Positions 17,092 to 24,572 of a stretch of 53,406 nt of DNA are shown in pieces. Position numbers and translations under genes: made by a program. How positions within the stretch are numbered: position 1 is the first letter of the stretch; each line of letters starts with the position of its first letter. This DNA is from Gammaproteobacteria bacterium. GTDB lineage: Bacteria > Pseudomonadota > Gammaproteobacteria > Nitrosococcales > Methylophagaceae. The stretch covers positions 1 to 53,406 of the forward strand of contig QNEY01000001.1 in the NCBI GenBank assembly GCA_003645385.1, written 5' to 3'. The notes beneath the pieces were generated by a model. It had not been told where the DNA came from. It saw only the letters and a list, made by a program, of their open reading frames with translations, and did no database searches.

Positions 17092-18008
17092 ACCAAGTAA
17101 TTACAGATCAATATTCGTGTTATCATGGAGATTGTGTAGAATTAATTAAAAACATACCTGATGATTGCATTGGATTATCTGTGTTTTCTCCACCATTTGC
17201 AGAGCTATATGCTTATAGTGATAGTCCGAGAGACATGGGGAACAGTAAAAGTTATGATGAGTTCTTCCAGCAATTTTCATATCTCATTTCAGAGTTAAAT
17301 CGAGTTACGATGCCTGGCAGGATAGTTGCAGTTCATTGCATAGATATTCCGGCTATGAAAGAGCGAGACGGATATATTGGTCTAAAGGATTTTCCAGGTG
17401 ACATAATTAGAGCTTTTCAGAAATGCGGATTTATTTATCACTCAAGACATGCGATATGGAAAGACCCGTTGACAGAAGCGACTAGAACAAAGGCACTTGG
17501 ACTGATGCACAAGCAGCTATGCAAAGATTCTGCTATGTGCAGATCAGGATTGCCTGATTACGTGTTGGCATTTCGTAAAAAAGGTGACAATGCCATTCCT
17601 ATTGAAAAGCAGCATGGATTCACAGAATATCATGGCTCAAACATAATCACAGGCGAAGGTGTTAAACGAAGTCATAATATTTGGCGGTCTTATGCTAGTC
17701 CTGTGTGGATGGATATCCGCCAATCTAATACTTTGAACAAGAAAAATGCTAGAATTGAAAAAGACCAGAAACACATATGCCCATTGCAGCTAGATGTCAT
17801 TGAGCGAGTTGTGTCTTTATGGTCAGTTGAAGGTGACATCGTATTGACTCCATTTGGTGGCATTGGTTCAGAATCTTATGTCGCCATAAAGAACAATCGC
17901 AGGTCAATTTTATTTGAACTTAAAGAATCCTATTATGAGCAGGCGGTTATCAATTGTAATAACGCTGCAAATATTAAATATTCAGAAACCAATGATATGT
18001 TTTTATAG
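17076..18008 (+). CDS. DNA amino-methyltransferase (N4-C or N6-A; beta-class order)
   Basis: Motif IV SPPF (VFSPPFAELY) precedes motif I (VLTPFGGIGSE), as in the N6_N4_Mtase family. Overlaps the helicase gene end. Alternative start is ATG at 17088 (ATGA overlap). Confidence 0.8.
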   Translation: MAKCMNQVITDQYSCYHGDCVELIKNIPDDCIGLSVFSPPFAELYAYSDSPRDMGNSKSYDEFFQQFSYLISELNRVTMPGRIVAVHCIDIPAMKERDGYIGLKDFPGDIIRAFQKCGFIYHSRHAIWKDPLTEATRTKALGLMHKQLCKDSAMCRSGLPDYVLAFRKKGDNAIPIEKQHGFTEYHGSNIITGEGVKRSHNIWRSYASPVWMDIRQSNTLNKKNARIEKDQKHICPLQLDVIERVVSLWSVEGDIVLTPFGGIGSESYVAIKNNRRSILFELKESYYEQAVINCNNAANIKYSETNDMFL

Positions 18009-18030
18009 AAGTTATATAAAAGGAAACATA

Positions 18031-18255
18031 ATGCTTAAAGAAAAATATTGTGACAGGTGCAAGAAGTTAAGAATGTTCCATGAAAAATATGGATGCTTGA
18101 AATGTGGAATAATACAACCTTGCAGAAATTGCAAAGAAGATTTCAGAAGCATCCAAGGGCAATTGACTTGTCAGAACTGCAAAGATGGAAACAAAAGAAA
18201 ACATGGTAATGTCAGAAGAATGAAAATGACCAACTTCAGACGGGAAACTTATTAG
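18031..18255 (+). CDS. Small zinc-ribbon protein (four CxxC)
   Basis: ATG at 18031 follows AAGGAAA. CDRC, CLKC, CRNC and CQNC. Confidence 0.5.
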   Translation: MLKEKYCDRCKKLRMFHEKYGCLKCGIIQPCRNCKEDFRSIQGQLTCQNCKDGNKRKHGNVRRMKMTNFRRETY

Positions 18256-18266
18256 GGGAATTAATT

Positions 18267-18461
18267 ATGGCAATATCTGGGATCGAAGGGCTTCCGACCA
18301 GACCACATCCGATTGTCAGCAGAGTCACACAAAAACCTGCTGAACCCAAAAGAGCATCACTTGAACAAACGATCAAAGGTGGACCAAGACACAATCCACC
18401 AATGCCAACAGTCGGCAGCCTTGAAAAGTGTATCGGACAATCAATTGACATTCTAGCTTGA
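18267..18461 (+). CDS. Hypothetical Pro-rich small protein
   Basis: 64-aa ORF after AGGGGA. The segment looks locally G+C-richer. An 83-aa antisense ORF also exists here, so coding status is uncertain. Confidence 0.35.
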   Translation: MAISGIEGLPTRPHPIVSRVTQKPAEPKRASLEQTIKGGPRHNPPMPTVGSLEKCIGQSIDILA

Positions 18462-18472
18462 AAGGAAATAAA

Positions 18473-18676
18473 ATGGGTGATGAACATTTGATCATGGCAA
18501 TCAACAATTTGACAAAAGCAGTTTGTGAATTTGCTGAACTTTACAGATCAGTCCACACTGTGCCAGAAGATGATCCTGATGCTCCGTCATGTTTAATTTG
18601 CAATGACACAGGAATATACATGGCTAAAATTGGTGAAACAAATTACCAAAAGAAATGTCATAACTGCAACAAATAG
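18473..18676 (+). CDS. Small zinc-binding protein
   Basis: ATG at 18473 follows AAGGAAA. CLICNDTG ... CHNC. Confidence 0.5.
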   Translation: MGDEHLIMAINNLTKAVCEFAELYRSVHTVPEDDPDAPSCLICNDTGIYMAKIGETNYQKKCHNCNK

Positions 18677-18686
18677 AAAGAAGATT

Positions 18687-18884
18687 ATGATTGACACATT
18701 CAGAATCAAGCAGCAATTAATAGGCGGACCGCTTGATGGATCTGAAGTCAATGTTGCTGATTACAAAATACTTGCAATCCCGATGGTGACACAATTGAAA
18801 AATGGATCGATGCACTTCACATATTGCTTGTATGAAAAGAAAGATGGTGCTTTGCATTATATCGAAACTATGAAAGGGAAGTAA
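18687..18884 (+). CDS. Hypothetical small protein
   Basis: ATG at 18687 follows GAAAGAAG. 65 aa. The stop overlaps the next ATG (TAATG). Confidence 0.45.
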   Translation: MIDTFRIKQQLIGGPLDGSEVNVADYKILAIPMVTQLKNGSMHFTYCLYEKKDGALHYIETMKGK

Positions 18885-19048
18885 TGACTATACCAGAAGA
18901 TGAAATCCCACAATTTCAATGGGATGAAATGGAAATGAGATTGGCAGAATCAAAAGAAGAAAATGATCTGCTGAAAGTTGAAAATGCAAACTTGAGAAAG
19001 CAACTTAAAATTGCAATTGAAGAAAACAAATCACTGAAAGGGAAGTAA
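18884..19048 (+). CDS. Hypothetical 54-aa coiled-coil protein (below ORF-track cutoff)
   Basis: Read by hand: MTIPEDEIPQFQWDEMEMRLAESKEENDLLKVENANLRKQLKIAIEENKSLKGK. Fills the gap exactly and is flanked by 15-nt direct repeats. Confidence 0.45.
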   Translation: MTIPEDEIPQFQWDEMEMRLAESKEENDLLKVENANLRKQLKIAIEENKSLKGK

Positions 19049-19050
19049 TT

Positions 19051-19431
19051 ATGGCAAAGAAAACAAAAGCTGATCTGCTTCATCAAATTGTTAATCTTGA
19101 AAAAGAACGCAGCAAATCAAAAAAGAATTGGGATAACTTAAACGATCTGTCTAACAGGCAAGAAAAGAAAATTGCAGAACTTGAAAATAAACTTGAAAAA
19201 TCAGCCATTGAATTTATCGACAAAGAAAAAGAATTGTTAAATGAGAAAAGGCTTAGTAAATATTGGACAAATGAATACAATAAAGTCAGATTTGACCATG
19301 CTGATTTGTTCAAAAAGAATGAAGCACTTGCAGAAAAACTTGCAAAAGCATATCAATTCAAAATGAAATACGAAGTAATAAAGGAAGTCCATCTGTCAAT
19401 AATGACTGGTCTTGTAAAGTCATCTTCATAA
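19051..19431 (+). CDS. Hypothetical coiled-coil protein
   Basis: 126-aa ORF. Last gene of the plus-strand arm. Confidence 0.55.
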   Translation: MAKKTKADLLHQIVNLEKERSKSKKNWDNLNDLSNRQEKKIAELENKLEKSAIEFIDKEKELLNEKRLSKYWTNEYNKVRFDHADLFKKNEALAEKLAKAYQFKMKYEVIKEVHLSIMTGLVKSSS

Positions 19432-19435
19432 CAAC

Positions 19436-19501
19436 AATTGGGTGCAGCTGTCAACGTGATCACCGGAGGGTAAAAATCACATTTTCAACTGACACCCAAT
19501 T
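19436..19501. terminator. Bidirectional factor-independent terminator between the convergent arms
   Basis: AATTGGGTG (19436..19444) pairs with CACCCAATT (19493..19501). Inner helices are CAGCTG/CAACTG (1 mismatch) and GTGAT/ATCAC. TTTTCTTT follows on the plus strand and TTGTTGTT on the minus strand. Confidence 0.65.
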
Positions 19502-19505
19502 TTCT

Positions 19506-20522
19506 TTAATCTGCAATATCCTCAATTTCATCATTCAAAGCAAACTGATCAACGGGAGAATTTGGATCAACTGGTGCTGCTGGAATTGTTAAGTCAGCAC
19601 GAGTTCCTTTGGTCAGATCAGCAGCAACTGCTTGGACTGTCACATACAAAGTGTTAGTGTCTTGCGGAATCAATTTGTTGTATTGCCTTGGTGTGTCTGG
19701 AATCAAAACATAATCTGGATCGCCAGTGATCACGGGAGTTCCTGAAGTGTCATACCAAATATAAAATCTCCAAGGATCAGTATCACCAAACGCTTTTTTC
19801 CAAGTGAAAAAGAATCTTGCATATGTTGACAGATAAGCATAAGTCAAATTAATCAGATCAGGTGGAGCTGTCGGTTCCGCTGCACCTGATGATATTTCAA
19901 CTCTGAATTTATTGAATGCAATTTCATCTTTCCACAGATAACCCTGCAAGACAAATTCAATGTCATATTCACCATCTGCAAGCGTGATATTTGTAAGCTG
20001 CAAATCATCACGCAATGCAAAGCCCAGATATGTTCTGACAAGTGAAGTTGTGTCTGTTGCATAGATGTGATAGCCAGATTCATAATAATGCTTTCTTGAC
20101 GCCCTCAGAACGCTTTTGACAGTTGCCAGTATAGCGTGTGAAGAACGAAAAACTGATTTCTGTGTTGTATGATAAGCATGAGCAGCACGAAGCACGCTGG
20201 ACACTTTCTGAATAATGCTATGTTCTGGCTTCAATACTGACTTAACCCTTGTTATATCACTATGTTCTGTTGATAGAATTGACTTAATATGAGTTATAAC
20301 AGAGTGTTCAGCATGAAGGATTGATTTCCCCCAGCCTCGTGTTTCAGCTTCAATCAGATGTGCAGTTGACAGAACACTTCTAGGCTGCTTGTCATAAGCT
20401 CTGGTTGCTCGTAGGATTGACGTTGACCGTTCTGTTGGTATATCGAGTAGCCCAAGCGGAACAAACGCTTTATCAGCTGTTTTTATGCGATTAAACAAAC
20501 CCAGTGGAAGTGTGTCAGTCAT
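19506..20522 (-). CDS. Distal tail/fibre-associated protein with N-terminal 14-residue tandem repeats
   Basis: Last gene of the late operon. Its ATG overlaps the upstream stop (TAATG). About eight repeats of K-S-[VI]-L-x3-H-x2-I-x2-V. Confidence 0.6.
   Translation of the reverse strand: MTDTLPLGLFNRIKTADKAFVPLGLLDIPTERSTSILRATRAYDKQPRSVLSTAHLIEAETRGWGKSILHAEHSVITHIKSILSTEHSDITRVKSVLKPEHSIIQKVSSVLRAAHAYHTTQKSVFRSSHAILATVKSVLRASRKHYYESGYHIYATDTTSLVRTYLGFALRDDLQLTNITLADGEYDIEFVLQGYLWKDEIAFNKFRVEISSGAAEPTAPPDLINLTYAYLSTYARFFFTWKKAFGDTDPWRFYIWYDTSGTPVITGDPDYVLIPDTPRQYNKLIPQDTNTLYVTVQAVAADLTKGTRADLTIPAAPVDPNSPVDQFALNDEIEDIAD
20085..20423 (-). repeat. Coding tandem repeat, ~8 x 42 nt (14 aa)
   Basis: TSILRATRAYDKQP / RSVLSTAHLIEAET(RGWG) / KSILHAEHSVITHI / KSILSTEHSDITRV / KSVLKPEHSIIQKV / SSVLRAAHAYHTTQ / KSVFRSSHAILATV / KSVLRASRKHY. 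Confidence 0.7.
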
Positions 20523-22144
20523 TATGCAACCTCAGCAAGTGGATCAATGTAAAGATAGCCAGCATTGTCTTGTTTGTTCAATGTGATTCTTAAAGGTGCA
20601 AGACAATCTTGTCCGACTGTGATCGTCATAGTCAGCTTGAATCCTGTCAGTCCAGAATCACCTGTCCAGACAGAAGCATCAGCTGTTAATGCAGCACCGT
20701 CAGGATCACGAGTTGTTTCTTGCTCACGGTTCACATCACCGCCATTATTTAGATAATCAAGTTCAAAGAAAAGTTCATCTTGTGTCGGATCTGCTGTATA
20801 AGATTTCATTGCACCATAAACGGTGATCGTATTGCTGCCAGCTTTCAATGGCAAGATGACAGTTTCCATTCCTTGTGTTCCAATTTCAAGCAGCGGTTCA
20901 ATCAATGGTGCTGTTGCAACATCATTCAGCATTTTGATTGATCCAGAATGTCCACCAGTTCTTGAAACACCTGTCTGCAATTCTGCTTCACCTCTTGACT
21001 GCCAAGTTTTCCAAGCACCTTTGACACCGTTATGATCTGAACTGAAAATGCCTTGATGATCGTCACCAGAAACAGAAGTTGCAGAAGCAAAAACTGCATT
21101 CCTTAAAACAATTCGTGTGTTTTTATCTGTGACAATATCAGCAACGGTATTGCCAGCAGAGAATGAAACATTTTGTGCATAGACATAAGGCAAATAATCC
21201 GTCAACACTTCAATGCCAGCATTCAATCCTGAAACTGTTTGGTTGATTCGTTTGAATGTGCAAATTCCAATTGTTGCATTTGCAGCAATTTTGAATCCAC
21301 CACCAGCAGAGCAATCCATATTTATAACTGCACGCAAATGGGTATCCACATAGAATGCAAAGTTGTCAGTTGAAACTGCTTCACAATCAATCAGTGAAGC
21401 ATCGCTCGGAGTTGTTGCAGCAGTTGCATGAATGCCATATCCAATTGTTCCAACGCCTTTACATCTGACAAGCATGACATCTTCATCAATGTAAATTCCA
21501 GCAGCTTGACCAGCTGTTTTGATTCCTTCACAGTCATATGCAAAAGATCCATCTGAACTTGAACTGAATTTAATACCACCACCGACTGTTGAATTTGATC
21601 GTGCTGTTCCTGTGCATCCAAAAAGTCCCACATTTGCTGCATGAACATAAATTCCACGTCCTTCAGTTGTGCTTGCAGACATATCTGCTTGACCTTCACA
21701 ATACTTTGCAACGATAGAAGCAATAGAAATATAAATGCCCATTGATGTGCCGCCACTTGTCACAGAATTATAACCACGCAATCTGTGATATTCAGCACCA
21801 CCTGATCCGTTCATCTGCATATAATGAGTGTATGAACTTGCAAAAGTTGCTTCTGCATAATCAGCAACATCACCGTCCCATGCTGCTTGTGCTGCTACTG
21901 GTCTAGAAGAATAATGATCATCCCCTGGTTTCGGCCATCCTATATATTTTGTAGCTGCATCATTTAATTGTGTGATACTTGATGTGTATGCTTTTGATGT
22001 TCTTCTAATCCAGACATTATTGCCAGCACCAAAGTTTGTTTTGAATGTATTAAATGCACCAACTCCACCAGGAGCAGGAGCTTGAACATAACTGGTACCA
22101 TCTCCATTATTAGATGCTGACTGATCAACATATTGATTCGCCAT
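20522..22144 (-). CDS. Right-handed beta-helix (pectin-lyase-fold-like) tail spike / depolymerase candidate
   Basis: Recurrent G-x-G-I-[YKH] rungs (MGIYISIA, GRGIYVHAA, GGGIKFSS, AAGIYIDE, GYGIHATAA, NAGIEVL). Located in the distal tail block. Confidence 0.55.
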   Translation of the reverse strand: MANQYVDQSASNNGDGTSYVQAPAPGGVGAFNTFKTNFGAGNNVWIRRTSKAYTSSITQLNDAATKYIGWPKPGDDHYSSRPVAAQAAWDGDVADYAEATFASSYTHYMQMNGSGGAEYHRLRGYNSVTSGGTSMGIYISIASIVAKYCEGQADMSASTTEGRGIYVHAANVGLFGCTGTARSNSTVGGGIKFSSSSDGSFAYDCEGIKTAGQAAGIYIDEDVMLVRCKGVGTIGYGIHATAATTPSDASLIDCEAVSTDNFAFYVDTHLRAVINMDCSAGGGFKIAANATIGICTFKRINQTVSGLNAGIEVLTDYLPYVYAQNVSFSAGNTVADIVTDKNTRIVLRNAVFASATSVSGDDHQGIFSSDHNGVKGAWKTWQSRGEAELQTGVSRTGGHSGSIKMLNDVATAPLIEPLLEIGTQGMETVILPLKAGSNTITVYGAMKSYTADPTQDELFFELDYLNNGGDVNREQETTRDPDGAALTADASVWTGDSGLTGFKLTMTITVGQDCLAPLRITLNKQDNAGYLYIDPLAEVA

Positions 22145-22147
22145 TGT

Positions 22148-23389
22148 TTAGCTCCATTCAACTGTTATGTCATTGGCGAAATTATCACGGGAATAAACAC
22201 CTTCAACCACAGTTTCACGTATCCAGATCCCGTATATATCTGTGTCTGCTAAAGCTCCGATCTGCAAAGCATCGTCATAGGTATCAGGTGCAGAGAAAGC
22301 AACAGCACCGGGAGTTGTTTCTTCGGTTGCTGGATTTTCAAACTGCAATGTGCTTGGTGCATCAAGACCAAGATCCATTTCAGGCAACACTTCAACTGTG
22401 TCACCAATATCCCATGCTTGTGCAGTGAAATCACGAAGTCCACCAGTTGCGTCTGCTGAATAGCAAGTGTTTCCACTTCTGAAAAAGACATATCGACAAT
22501 CATCTTTTGTGACGTTTTTAATCCAGAATGATCTTTCAGGGAATGAACTTCCATCAGTCAAATCAAAATTATCTGCTGCAATTGTTACAGCATCAACTAA
22601 GGTTGTTTGAACTCCGTCACCTTCAGCTGCTTTGATGTAAGCTCTGACATCGTTCATAGTGTCAGCACCATCTTCATTTTTAACTACAACAAGATGGAAT
22701 CTTTCTTTGCCACTGCCAGCAGTTTCATATCCTTCAAAGTCTGGGATCACTTCACCAACTGGATTTGTTAATGCAAGAACGTCATTCTGATCACTTCCCG
22801 GTAAACTTGCATAGGTCACTGTGACAATCAAGAACTTTTCTCTGCTTGCAGAAAACAGTTCATAAACTCCATCGCCAGCTGAAACGTCAACGAGTTCACC
22901 ATCACCAGAATCTCCCGGTGCTTTCCACGATAAACTATCATCTGACAGATCATAATACAGTGTGCCAGATCCGACTTCGTTTGCAAAGCCAGCATTGTTG
23001 ATGACAACGCCTGTGACGTTTGTTGGAGTTGTTATGTCCATGCCGGGAATTTCATCCGTTGTTCTCCAGTTACCACCAAAGAACAGTTTGAATGTGTCTG
23101 TCACAGCAGGAGTTGCTGGAAGAACTTTTGCAAGCTGAAGTTCATCATCAACTGCAACAAAGTCTTTGACATGAAAATATATTCCACGCAAAGCAGCTGT
23201 AGTTGTGTTTGCTTCAAATCTTCCAATTGCTCCATTCCAAGCATCATCTGCTTGTGTTAATGCAGCACATTGAATTGCCAGTGTGCTATTTGTTCCGTCA
23301 CTTGTAAGAACAGCAGATGCTTGACCGTCTGCTGAATTAATCTTCAAAGGATAATACCACTTCAATTTGTCTGCTGTTGGAATTGCCAT
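22148..23389 (-). CDS. Tail-tip / receptor-binding region structural protein, unknown fold
   Basis: 413-aa ORF in the distal tail block. No motif recognised. Confidence 0.5.
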   Translation of the reverse strand: MAIPTADKLKWYYPLKINSADGQASAVLTSDGTNSTLAIQCAALTQADDAWNGAIGRFEANTTTAALRGIYFHVKDFVAVDDELQLAKVLPATPAVTDTFKLFFGGNWRTTDEIPGMDITTPTNVTGVVINNAGFANEVGSGTLYYDLSDDSLSWKAPGDSGDGELVDVSAGDGVYELFSASREKFLIVTVTYASLPGSDQNDVLALTNPVGEVIPDFEGYETAGSGKERFHLVVVKNEDGADTMNDVRAYIKAAEGDGVQTTLVDAVTIAADNFDLTDGSSFPERSFWIKNVTKDDCRYVFFRSGNTCYSADATGGLRDFTAQAWDIGDTVEVLPEMDLGLDAPSTLQFENPATEETTPGAVAFSAPDTYDDALQIGALADTDIYGIWIRETVVEGVYSRDNFANDITVEWS

Positions 23390-23401
23390 TTTATAATTCT
23401 C

Positions 23402-23947
23402 CTATATCGAAATTGTTAAAGTTAAATTCGGTGATGTTCCTGACAAACTTGCATCAGTTGGAATTGGCGGCAATCCTTCGATGAAAAACGACCAAGCATC
23501 ACCAGCACTTTCTTTTCCTTCATTTGTCACTGCTTCAATATTAAATATTCCTTGATAGCCGTCATCATCAATCAAATTTTTTGCTGACTGTGCTTTGAAC
23601 AATGGAAGTTCATCGTCAGCATCATGTGATTGAATCCAAATATCATCAAGATAGATTCTGTAAAAGTTTGCAGTTGTGATTGATGACCAATAAAACCACG
23701 GTCTACGGATTAGCGGAAGATACTTTGAATTGACAACTTCATCTTCATTTGCTTCATGGATTTCAATTGCATACAGATTAGCAAGATTGACAATCACAGT
23801 TCTTGCTGTTACGTCACCAAATTGCAGCGGTCCAAATATTGATAATCCGTTCAAGAAAACATAAGCAACTTTACCAACAGATCCATTCCATGCAATTTCT
23901 GCAATTCGATCATTCAATATTGTTAAGTCATAAGTATCAATAATCAT
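23402..23947 (-). CDS. Structural protein of unknown function
   Basis: 181-aa ORF in the distal tail block. Confidence 0.5.
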   Translation of the reverse strand: MIIDTYDLTILNDRIAEIAWNGSVGKVAYVFLNGLSIFGPLQFGDVTARTVIVNLANLYAIEIHEANEDEVVNSKYLPLIRRPWFYWSSITTANFYRIYLDDIWIQSHDADDELPLFKAQSAKNLIDDDGYQGIFNIEAVTNEGKESAGDAWSFFIEGLPPIPTDASLSGTSPNLTLTISI

Positions 23948-23950
23948 TAT

Positions 23951-24547
23951 CTATTCCTCTGGAGCAGCTTGCACTTCAACTGGTATTGATTCACTTGCAC
24001 CAAATAATCCCGTAACATTCAGATTGGTGCTGCCAATTGTTCTTCCGATTATATTTATCAATGGTCCCTGTGTTGATACTTCAACAAGTCCATTTACATC
24101 ATACCAAAATACTTGATTCGGCGTGAGTCCAGCGTAATATGTCAAAGGTATTTTTTCACCAACATAAATTTTAATTGAACCTAATCGTTTGCCTTCGTAA
24201 TTTCTGATATGAGGATTTGCAATAAACAACATTGATTCCCTGCGATAATCAGAATCATATAACTCACAATGATATGCTCCAAACTTATCCTTGTTGGAAG
24301 ATGCTTTCAATTTTACTTCTTCATCATTATCAGCATTTTGAGTAATTTTAATAGCATCAGTATCCAATGGAAGTTTTAACACCACTTGATTGAAATATGG
24401 AATCCTGCCACCCCAGATCATTATCTTTGCTTCTTCGCCGGACAATAACAACTGTTCACCTTCATAAAGATCAAGTTCAAAGAATGCTTGTGGATGCTGA
24501 ATTAAATCAATGTATGATGGCAAATCTATTTTAGATGCCACTTTCAT
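23951..24547 (-). CDS. Structural protein with C-terminal Ig-like (Big_2-like) segment
   Basis: ATG at 24547 (MKVASK) after AAGGGA is preferred over the TTG at 24583. The C-terminus NIIGRTIGSTNLNVTGLFGASESIPVEVQ looks like a bacterial Ig-like domain. Confidence 0.5.
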   Translation of the reverse strand: MKVASKIDLPSYIDLIQHPQAFFELDLYEGEQLLLSGEEAKIMIWGGRIPYFNQVVLKLPLDTDAIKITQNADNDEEVKLKASSNKDKFGAYHCELYDSDYRRESMLFIANPHIRNYEGKRLGSIKIYVGEKIPLTYYAGLTPNQVFWYDVNGLVEVSTQGPLINIIGRTIGSTNLNVTGLFGASESIPVEVQAAPEE

Positions 24548-24572
24548 AATTCCCTTATTTTTTGGAGTTGCA

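Noticed and set aside
21391-22554. Alternative-frame minus-strand ORFs (121, 65 and 101 aa) inside the beta-helix and 413-aa structural genes
   Set aside because: They are nested in other frames of much longer ORFs that have coherent repeats and operon coupling. No independent starts.
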